NCBI GenBank assembly: GCA_016189025.1
Contig: JACPGS010000005.1
Location: 385-64,384, forward strand
DNA from: Candidatus Magasanikiibacteriota bacterium
Lineage (GTDB): Bacteria; Patescibacteriota; Patescibacteriia; Magasanikbacterales; GWA2-37-8
DNA length: 64,000 nt
Reading direction: 5' to 3'
How positions within the stretch are numbered: position 1 is the stretch's first letter; each line of letters begins with the position of its first letter. This document shows, piece by piece, positions 19,689 through 26,799 of the stretch. The position numbers and the translations under genes were made by a program. Below the pieces are notes generated by a model. That model ran no database searches. It had not been told where the DNA came from and saw only the letters and a program-made list of their open reading frames with translations.

Positions 19689-19781
19689 AACCGAGCGAGG
19701 GAGTGGTAGACGAGAACTCTACGCGCGCATCCCGACTAAGTCGGGAGAGCACGTAGAGTGTCTACCACGACCGAGCGACCA
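19689..19781. repeat. MITE/REP-like hairpin repeat; second copy at 58863-58956
   Basis: AACCGAGCGAGGGAGTGGTAGACG...GTGTCTACCACGACCGAGCGACCA shared; central palindromes differ. Confidence 0.85.
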
Positions 19782-19853
19782 AGGTAGGACATTTTCGTAA
19801 TTCACAGCAACCGAGTAGCACTGATGATAACATAAACCCTTCCTTACGCCAAT

Positions 19854-22415
19854 ATGAGCAAAAGGGTTAAGACGGCAAAGCCGAGGGTCGCCCCCCCGCC
19901 GCGGCAACTCTACGACGCCTCTGACCAGACGCCGGTCCGGTTTGCCGTGTCGCCCGGATTGTCGGAGGAGATAATCCGGGAAATCTCGCGCCAAAAGCAG
20001 GAGCCGGCGTGGCTGTTAGAAAAACGTCTAAAAGCTTGGGGACTTTTTACCCAAACGCCCGTACCCACCTGGGGCGCTGATTTGTCTAAACTTGATTTGG
20101 ATAAAATTGTTTATTTTGTCCGGCCCGATGCCGCGGAAACCAAAAATTGGGCCGAGGTGCCGGCCGAGATTAAAAAAACCTTTGACCGGCTAGGTATCCC
20201 CGAAGCCGAAAAAAAAGCCCTGGCCGGCGTAGGGGCGCAATACGATAGCGACGTCGTGTATCACAAGCTCAAAAAACAATGGGAAGACAAAGGAGTGATT
20301 TTTGAGAATATGGACGTGGCGGTGCAGAAGTATCCGGAGCTGGTGAAAAAATACTTCATGACGCAATGCATTCCGATTAACGATCATAAATTCGCTATGC
20401 TCCACGCCGCGGTGTGGAGCGGCGGCACCTTTATTTATGTGCCCAAAAACGTCAGCGTGGATTTGCCGCTCCAGGCGTACTTCCGCATGAACGCGCGGGG
20501 CGGCGGGCAGTTTGAGCACACGCTCATCATCGTGGACGAGGGAGCGCAATTACATTATATTGAAGGCTGTTTTGTTAAAGGCACATACATTAAAACTGAC
20601 AAGGGCGACAAAACAATAGAAAGTATTAAAATTGGCGACAAGGTAATGACACATACAGGTGTGTATAAACCCGTATATCATACCCAGACAAGAAGACATA
20701 CTGGTGAGTTATATAACATAATATATTATGGTGATAGCACAGCAAATTTGTTGGTAACAAATGAGCATCCGTTCCTAGCCGTAAAAAGGCAACACAAAAA
20801 TGAGAAAAACGAAACGTGGGAAAAAGAGTGGATAAAACCACCGCAGTTAACCAAGCATGACTATCTCACTATACCTATTAATAAAACAATACGTACCGCA
20901 AAAAAATGTACTTTCACAATAAAAACATGGAACAATACAACCAAGGCATTTTATAATAAAAAAATTTCTGTGCTAAATGTTCCAGAATTTTATCGGCTGA
21001 TTGGATACTACCTTGCCGAAGGAAGCATCAGTGGCGGATATTATCTGAACTTCTCATTCGGAATAGAGGAGATAGTCTACATCGAAGACGTTGAAAATAT
21101 ACTCACTTCTTTATTTGGCGTCAAAAAAGTGCATCACATGGTTCACAAAACAAACCACGGAGTTTCACTGGTGGCATGTTCAGTGCAGCTCGCCCGTATT
21201 TTTGAGCAATTCGGAAAAAAGAATAATCTTAAACAATTGCCAAATTGGGCAATAACTGAATCACTTGAAAATCAAAAACAGCTTATTAAAGGATATTTTC
21301 GCGGTGATGGCAACTATTATAATCGTCGCCACGCTTCGGGATTTAAGGAAACCTTCAGAATGAATACAACCTCCAAAAAATTAACCTACCAAATGCGTGA
21401 CATACTCCTGCGTTTAAAAATCCCGGCTTTTATTAACCTGCGCGATAGAAAAAAAGAACATCGCCAGCCAATGTATACCATTGGAATTAGCGGAAATCAT
21501 ATGAAAAGCTTTGGCAATATAGTTGGCTTACCTGTTCCAGAAAAAATGCACGGTAAAAAACGTGCGTCACGATTTTATATTGATGATAACTATGCCTATT
21601 ATCCCATTAAATCTATACAAAAAAGAATGGTTAAAAAATTACCCGTCTATAATTTTAGCGTATTGGATAATGAAAGTTATATGGCCAACGGTGTTACGGT
21701 TCACAATTGTTCCGCCCCGCGCTACGGCACCAGCTCCCTGCACGCCGGCGGCGTGGAGATATTTGTCGGACGCGGCGCCCGGATGCGCTATTCCTCCATT
21801 GAAAACTGGTCGCACGACACCTATAATTTGAATACCAAACGCGCGCTGGTGGACGAGGATGGCATAATGGAGTGGGTCAACGGCAATCTGGGATCGTGCA
21901 CCACCATGCTCTACCCCTGCTCAATTCTGCGCGGGCGAGGGAGCCGCTCGGATTCGCTTGGCATTGCTTTTGCCGGCCCGGGCCAAAACCAAGACACCGG
22001 CGCCAAGGCCATCCACGCCGCGCCGCATACCAGTTCCACGATTGTTTCAAAATCTATCTCGGTGAATGGCGGCATCAATACTTTCCGCGGCCTGATTAAA
22101 ATAATGCCGATGGCTACGAACGTCAACGCCTCCATGGTCTGCGATGCGCTGCTCATCGGCAACCAGGCCATTGCCAACACCATTCCGGAGCTAAAGATAA
22201 AAAACGACCAGGTGCAGGTCGCCCACGAAGCGCGCGTCGGCAAAATCGGCGAAGAAGAAATTTTCTTTTTGCAATCAAGAGGGCTTAACGAGCAGGAAGC
22301 GACGCGATTAGTTGTCTCCGGTTTTATTGAACCGATTGTCAAAGCCTTGCCGGTGGAGTATGCTTTGGAATTGAATAGGCTGATTGAGATGGAAATGGAT
22401 GGGGCGGTTGGTTAA
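19854..22415 (+). CDS. sufB: Fe-S cluster assembly protein SufB containing an intein
   Basis: LAGVGAQYDS, AVWSGGTFIYVP, GQFEHTLII, YIEG|C...HN|CSAP, AHEARVGKI. Confidence 0.96.
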   Translation: MSKRVKTAKPRVAPPPRQLYDASDQTPVRFAVSPGLSEEIIREISRQKQEPAWLLEKRLKAWGLFTQTPVPTWGADLSKLDLDKIVYFVRPDAAETKNWAEVPAEIKKTFDRLGIPEAEKKALAGVGAQYDSDVVYHKLKKQWEDKGVIFENMDVAVQKYPELVKKYFMTQCIPINDHKFAMLHAAVWSGGTFIYVPKNVSVDLPLQAYFRMNARGGGQFEHTLIIVDEGAQLHYIEGCFVKGTYIKTDKGDKTIESIKIGDKVMTHTGVYKPVYHTQTRRHTGELYNIIYYGDSTANLLVTNEHPFLAVKRQHKNEKNETWEKEWIKPPQLTKHDYLTIPINKTIRTAKKCTFTIKTWNNTTKAFYNKKISVLNVPEFYRLIGYYLAEGSISGGYYLNFSFGIEEIVYIEDVENILTSLFGVKKVHHMVHKTNHGVSLVACSVQLARIFEQFGKKNNLKQLPNWAITESLENQKQLIKGYFRGDGNYYNRRHASGFKETFRMNTTSKKLTYQMRDILLRLKIPAFINLRDRKKEHRQPMYTIGISGNHMKSFGNIVGLPVPEKMHGKKRASRFYIDDNYAYYPIKSIQKRMVKKLPVYNFSVLDNESYMANGVTVHNCSAPRYGTSSLHAGGVEIFVGRGARMRYSSIENWSHDTYNLNTKRALVDEDGIMEWVNGNLGSCTTMLYPCSILRGRGSRSDSLGIAFAGPGQNQDTGAKAIHAAPHTSSTIVSKSISVNGGINTFRGLIKIMPMATNVNASMVCDALLIGNQAIANTIPELKIKNDQVQVAHEARVGKIGEEEIFFLQSRGLNEQEATRLVVSGFIEPIVKALPVEYALELNRLIEMEMDGAVG
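20568..21707 (+). mobile_element. Intein (380 aa) with LAGLIDADG homing endonuclease
   Basis: Starts CFVKGT; block B TNEHPF; LIGYYLAEGS and LIKGYFRGDG; ends VHN before Cys+1; AT-rich relative to the exteins. Confidence 0.95.
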
Positions 22416-22417
22416 AC

Positions 22418-22444
22418 AAAATAACCCTCCTAGAGAGAGTTATT
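22418..22444. terminator. Terminator downstream of the aberrant tRNA (minus strand), possibly bidirectional
   Basis: Minus strand AATAACTCTC TAG GAGGGTTATT followed by TTGTTT. Confidence 0.7.
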
Positions 22445-22448
22445 CGGG

Positions 22449-22523
22449 TGGTGGACCGACGGGGACTTGAACCCCGAACGCCACTTGTCAAAGGTGGTAT
22501 TTTGCCAGTTAAACTATCGGCCC
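22449..22523 (-). tRNA. Aberrant tRNA: Ala identity (G3:U70, A73) with a non-Ala anticodon loop (UGA in register, or GAC in an expanded loop)
   Basis: GGGCCGA/TCGGTCC ACCA acceptor, GTTT..AAAT D arm, CCACC TTTGACA AGTGG, CGGGG TTCAAGT CCCCG. Confidence 0.85.
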
Positions 22524-22561
22524 ACAGTCCACCTTTATTAGAATACCATAAAGTACACCTT

Positions 22562-22640
22562 AAAAACAAGAGATTCCCGAATTGGGAATCCTTGCTGACA
22601 AGTGGCATTTGGACCAGCAGTTTAACTGGTACCACCCTTT
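22562..22640 (-). ncRNA. Putative anti-tRNA sRNA 1
   Basis: TTGACA-17-TAGTTT promoter; three blocks complementary to the 22449-22523 tRNA; GATTCCC/GGGAATC hairpin plus U tract. Confidence 0.75.
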
Positions 22641-22647
22641 AGGTACT

Positions 22648-22676
22648 AAACTACCTGATAAACTGATATTTGTCAA
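22648..22676 (-). promoter_or_regulatory. Sigma70 promoter for sRNA 1
   Basis: TTGACA (22676-22671), 17 bp, TAGTTT (22653-22648). Confidence 0.7.
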
Positions 22677-22703
22677 GATTATTTATCCACAGTACCTCCA
22701 ATT

Positions 22704-23915
22704 ATGCTGATAACTAAAATTAAACAACGGTTCCCCACCCTCAAAAACAATCCTGCCTTGGTGTACCTCGACTCCGCCGCTTCCTCCCTCACCCCGCAAA
22801 TAGTGATTGACGCCATGAACGAGTATTACCAAAAATATCGCTCTAACGTGCACCGGGGATTGTATGACATCAGCCTCAAAGCCACCGAAGCCTACGAAGG
22901 CGCGCGGGTGGAGATTGCCAAATTTATCAACGCCGAACCGAATGAGATTATTTTTACCGCCGGCACCACCCATGGGCTGAATCTACTCGCCTACACCCTC
23001 GCCCCCCGCCTCACCCACCGCGACAACATCGTGCTGACCAGAATGGAGCACCACGCCAATTTAGTGCCGTGGCAGCAGATGGCGAAACATTATGGGTTTG
23101 AGATCCGCTTCATCGAACTTGATACTACTTCCTACTCTCTACTCCCTACTTCTTTCAATGTCATCGACGCCAACACCAAAATCGTCTCCTTTGCCCATGT
23201 TTCCAACGTGCTCGGCACCATTGCGCCGGCCAAAGAGATTATTAAAATCGCCCGCGCCCAATCGCGCGCCCTCACCATTATTGACGCCGCGCAATCTATC
23301 GCGCACATCCCTACCGACGTCAAAGACCTGGACTGCGACTTTCTCGTTTTCTCCGGCCACAAAATGTACGGGCCCACCGGCATTGGCGTCTTGTACGGAA
23401 AAAAAGTGATGCTGGAAGAACATTTGGAACCCTTTTTCTTTGGCGGCGATATGGTGGCTGACGTTACCTATGCTGATGCCGTGTGGAATGACATTCCCTA
23501 TAAATTTGAGGCCGGCACGCCCCCGATCGCCGGCGCCATTGGCCTGGGCGCCGCCGTAAAATTTATCCAGGGAATCGGCTGGGAGGGAATTATTCAACAC
23601 GAACAATCACTTACCAATAAACTAATAAACCAATTAACTAATAACGGCGTACAAATTATAGGACCTAAAACTAGTAACGACCGAACAGGAGTAGTATCTT
23701 TTGTTATTCCCACCGTTCACCCGCACGACATTGGCGAAATCGTCAACCGCGCCGGCGTCGCCATTCGCGTCGGCCACCACTGCGCTATTCCCCTCCACAA
23801 AATGCTGCGGCTAACCGGCACGGCGCGCGCTTCATTGGGGGTGTATAATACGGAGGAAGATATTGATAAGTTGATGGAAGGAATAAAAAACGTGATAAAA
23901 ATTTTTGAGAAATAA
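22704..23915 (+). CDS. sufS: Cysteine desulfurase
   Basis: YLDSAAS, NVHRG, MEHHANLVPW, DAAQS, SGHKMYGPTGIG, FEAGTP, RVGHHCA. Confidence 0.96.
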   Translation: MLITKIKQRFPTLKNNPALVYLDSAASSLTPQIVIDAMNEYYQKYRSNVHRGLYDISLKATEAYEGARVEIAKFINAEPNEIIFTAGTTHGLNLLAYTLAPRLTHRDNIVLTRMEHHANLVPWQQMAKHYGFEIRFIELDTTSYSLLPTSFNVIDANTKIVSFAHVSNVLGTIAPAKEIIKIARAQSRALTIIDAAQSIAHIPTDVKDLDCDFLVFSGHKMYGPTGIGVLYGKKVMLEEHLEPFFFGGDMVADVTYADAVWNDIPYKFEAGTPPIAGAIGLGAAVKFIQGIGWEGIIQHEQSLTNKLINQLTNNGVQIIGPKTSNDRTGVVSFVIPTVHPHDIGEIVNRAGVAIRVGHHCAIPLHKMLRLTGTARASLGVYNTEEDIDKLMEGIKNVIKIFEK

Positions 23916-23933
23916 AAAAATGCAAGCGAGTAT

Positions 23934-24317
23934 ATGTCCGACCCGCTCTACCAGGAATATATCCTGGAGCTCTACCGCCAGCCGCACAACAAAACCGTGC
24001 CGGCGGAATTTGACGTGCGCCACAAAGAACGCAATCCGCTTTGCAGTGATGAAGTGGAAATATTTGTTAAATTTGACAGCGCCGGCCGCGTTACCGACAT
24101 CGGCTTCCAAGGCGAAGGCTGTGCCATTTCCCAAGCAGGCATTTCGCTCATCACTGACCACGCCAAGGGAAAACCTAAAGAAGAACTGAAGCAAATGACT
24201 ACCGACGATATGCTCCGCCTCCTCGGCCTCCCCAATATCTCCCCGGCCCGCCTGGGCTGCGCGACATTAGGGTTGAAGGCGTTGCAGAAAAGCATCAACA
24301 ATCCGACTCAAAAATAA
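23934..24317 (+). CDS. sufU: SufU/IscU-family scaffold
   Basis: LYQEYILE, NPLCSD, GEGCAISQA, RLGCA. Confidence 0.92.
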   Translation: MSDPLYQEYILELYRQPHNKTVPAEFDVRHKERNPLCSDEVEIFVKFDSAGRVTDIGFQGEGCAISQAGISLITDHAKGKPKEELKQMTTDDMLRLLGLPNISPARLGCATLGLKALQKSINNPTQK

Positions 24318-24327
24318 CAATGAAACC

Positions 24328-25071
24328 ATGTCTCTCGATATCCAAAATCTAGCAATCGCCGTCGCTGATAAAAAAATCGTCCACGGAGTTTCACTAGAGA
24401 TTAAACCCGGCGAAGTTCACACCATCATGGGGCCCAACGGCTCGGGCAAATCCACCCTCGCCAACGCGCTCCTGGGGCATCCTAAATACACGATTACGGA
24501 AGGACAGATACTGCTTGACGGCAAAGAGATTACCAAAGACTCGCCCGACAAACGCGCCCGAGCCGGATTATTTTTATCAATGCAGCATCCGCCGGAGATC
24601 CCCGGCGTATCGGTAGCGAATTTTCTGCGGCTGGCCGTAGGGGCCGTGAGCGGCAACCCCCAAAATCCCTTAACGTTCTTTCCGGAATTAACTAAACAAA
24701 TGGCTGGACTGGGCATTGACCCGGAATTTGCCAAACGCCACGTGCACGGCGGCTTCAGCGGCGGCGAAAAAAAGAAAGTGGAAATTTTACAATTACTCCT
24801 CCTGAACCCGAAATACGCCATTCTGGACGAAACCGACTCGGGCCTGGACGTGGACGCCCTGAAAATTGTCGCCGCCGGCATCAACCGCTTTAAGTCAAAA
24901 AACAATAGCGTCCTCCTGATTACCCACTACAACCGCATTTTGGAATATGTCATTCCCGATTTCGTGCACATTATGGTAGGAGGGAAGATTGTCAAAAGCG
25001 GGGGGAAGGAGTTGGCGAGGGAGATTGAAAAAAATGGTTACTTGTCATTTCGAAATGACGATAAAATATGA
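24328..25071 (+). CDS. sufC: Fe-S assembly ATPase
   Basis: MGPNGSGKSTL, GFSGGEKKK, ILDETDSGLDVDAL, ITHY. Confidence 0.97.
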   Translation: MSLDIQNLAIAVADKKIVHGVSLEIKPGEVHTIMGPNGSGKSTLANALLGHPKYTITEGQILLDGKEITKDSPDKRARAGLFLSMQHPPEIPGVSVANFLRLAVGAVSGNPQNPLTFFPELTKQMAGLGIDPEFAKRHVHGGFSGGEKKKVEILQLLLLNPKYAILDETDSGLDVDALKIVAAGINRFKSKNNSVLLITHYNRILEYVIPDFVHIMVGGKIVKSGGKELAREIEKNGYLSFRNDDKI

Positions 25072-25358
25072 CACTAACCAAAAACCAAATAATTGAAGCG
25101 CTAAAAACCGTCACCGACCCCGAAGTGGGCCTGGATATCTGGACCATGGGGTTAATTTATAATTTAGAGATTCAAGGCGACATGGTAAAAATCCTAATGA
25201 CCTACACCACGCCGTTTTGCCCCTGGGGGCCGCAGTTGAATGAAGCAATAACCAATGCCCTGCAAGACCGGCTGGGTGTGAGCAAAGTAGAGATTAAAAT
25301 CACTTTTGATCCGCCCTACAAAATTCCCGATGAATTGCGAGCGATGTTGGGGGTTTAA
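25068..25358 (+). CDS. DUF59/SufT-like Fe-S maturation protein
   Basis: LKTVTDPEVGLDIWTMGLIY, TTPFCP, FDPP. Confidence 0.9.
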   Translation: MTLTKNQIIEALKTVTDPEVGLDIWTMGLIYNLEIQGDMVKILMTYTTPFCPWGPQLNEAITNALQDRLGVSKVEIKITFDPPYKIPDELRAMLGV

Positions 25359-25410
25359 TGCTCAAAAATAGTAAGGCCGTATTGCAGCGACGCTCTATAA
25401 TATTATGAAA

Positions 25411-25539
25411 CTGTAGAAGAAGCCTACTATATCGTTATCCGCCTGGTCGCTATCGCTATTGCGGTAACTTACTTGGTTGGTCGCCCCGACTAAGTCGGGG
25501 CTCCCTGATGCTGACTAGTTTTTCCAATTCTTCTACAGT
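25411..25539. repeat. MITE-like element; related copy at ~29549-29720
   Basis: Terminal IR CTGTAGAAGAA/TTCTTCTACAG; core TTATCCGCCT.GTCGCTATCGCTATTGC...TTACTTGGTTGGTCGC shared; both carry the REP palindrome. Confidence 0.75.
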
Positions 25540-25566
25540 GTCATTATACTAAATGTCAAGGCAATT

Positions 25567-25863
25567 ATGCACACCGAACCAAAACTCCCTCCTGACCTCC
25601 CGGAAAATCTAAGCCAAAAAATCCGGGCTGGCGGCAAAATCCGCCGGATTGTGATAGACCGGCAGCAGTGCATTGGCGCCGGATCGTGCGTAGCCGTGGC
25701 GCCGGGAGTGTTCCAGCTGGATAAAGATAACCTGGCCTATATTGTTGACCCGGAAGCTGCCAATGAAGACGACCTGCTGCTCGCCGCGCAATCCTGCCCG
25801 GTGCTGGCGATTTCCCTGTATGATGAAGCCGGCAACAAAATTTTTCCGGCGGAAAAAATCTGA
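25567..25863 (+). CDS. Single-cluster ferredoxin
   Basis: IDRQQCIGAGSCVAVAPGVF...AAQSCPVLAI. Confidence 0.9.
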   Translation: MHTEPKLPPDLPENLSQKIRAGGKIRRIVIDRQQCIGAGSCVAVAPGVFQLDKDNLAYIVDPEAANEDDLLLAAQSCPVLAISLYDEAGNKIFPAEKI

Positions 25864-25983
25864 TACAAAAAATCCCGACCGGAAACCAGTCGGGATTCTT
25901 CCTCTGGATATCACCACTGACATCCACAGGACGACGAGGACGATGGGGCTGACCTCCTTTCTATTGCCCCATCGTCCGTTTTT

Positions 25984-26397
25984 TTATCTCACCGTCGTCA
26001 CCACTGGCGTGGCGACGAGGCGGTTGACGTACCAGGGCGCGGCGAGTACCCGGCGCAGGTGGAAAGCGGCGAGGCGGGCGAATTCGCCGATACAGCCGCG
26101 AAATGAGCGGTAGCGCTCCAGTGCGAAAACGCACTGCCGCATCTCGGGGCGACTCCGGGGCTCAAACAAACACTGCTTATAGAGCGCCAGGAATCCGTCA
26201 AAATACTCTCTCTCCGAGGGCCAGTCGGATTCCCGCTCCACTGCCGGGCACTCGGGCGGCCAGAGTCCGGCGAGCACGCACCGACCGTAGGCGACTTCCC
26301 TGTCCTCCCCGAACGGGTTAAGGGTAGCAGGCGGGGAGGAATTGACCGCGGCGCACCCGGCAAGGGCGAGCCACCCGAGGCCGATAATGTAGCGCAT
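25984..26397 (-). CDS. Hypothetical lipoprotein
   Basis: SD GGAGG; MRYIIGLGWLALAGC lipobox. Confidence 0.65.
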   Translation of the reverse strand: MRYIIGLGWLALAGCAAVNSSPPATLNPFGEDREVAYGRCVLAGLWPPECPAVERESDWPSEREYFDGFLALYKQCLFEPRSRPEMRQCVFALERYRSFRGCIGEFARLAAFHLRRVLAAPWYVNRLVATPVVTTVR

Positions 26398-26531
26398 GGC
26401 GCCCTCCTTTTCGGGTGCCTGACCCGAAGTTTTGGACTTGAAAAAAGAGCCGCTGGCGCGGCCCTGGGCAAACAAAAAGGCAGCGAACAGCTGCCTACTA
26501 TAACATTTTCTGCCACCACTGTCAAGAGATG

Positions 26532-26768
26532 GGGTGCTCGGGGTGAAGAAACCGTGCGCCCCGACGCTCTAATTTTGGCTTCGTGCCCGACAGCCCCGTT
26601 AAGAGCGCCCCATTCTGTCTCCTTCCGTACGCCGACGGCCACGTGGGCGGAGAAATCAGCCAGACGCCAAAGAACACTAGGGCGGTGCTGCCTCCGAAAA
26701 AGCAGCTGGCCGCCGTCTTTGCGTGGGCTGATCCTGTTGCCCCGCATTGGTCGCTTCACCCCGAGCTT
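26532..26768 (-). ncRNA. Unassigned structured ncRNA, about 235 nt
   Basis: TTGACT-18-TATAAT promoter (26803-26774); 13-bp terminal stem 26536-26548/26754-26766; several internal stems. Confidence 0.6.
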
Positions 26769-26799
26769 CCTCTATTATACCAAAACAAGATTAGGGAAG

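Noticed and set aside
22449-22523. Ordinary tRNA-Val(GAC) or tRNA-Ser(TGA)
   Set aside because: GAC is out of register in a 7-nt loop; a Ser tRNA would need a long variable arm and purine 37; G3:U70 indicates Ala.
22596-22640. Permuted or split tRNA gene on the plus strand
   Set aside because: No T arm or 3' acceptor strand is present; promoter, terminator and G:U bias all favour a minus-strand antisense RNA.
26532-26768. RNase P RNA or SRP RNA
   Set aside because: The GAGGAAAGUCC and ACAGAA...GGCUUA motifs of RNase P and the SRP helix-8 motif were not found by eye.
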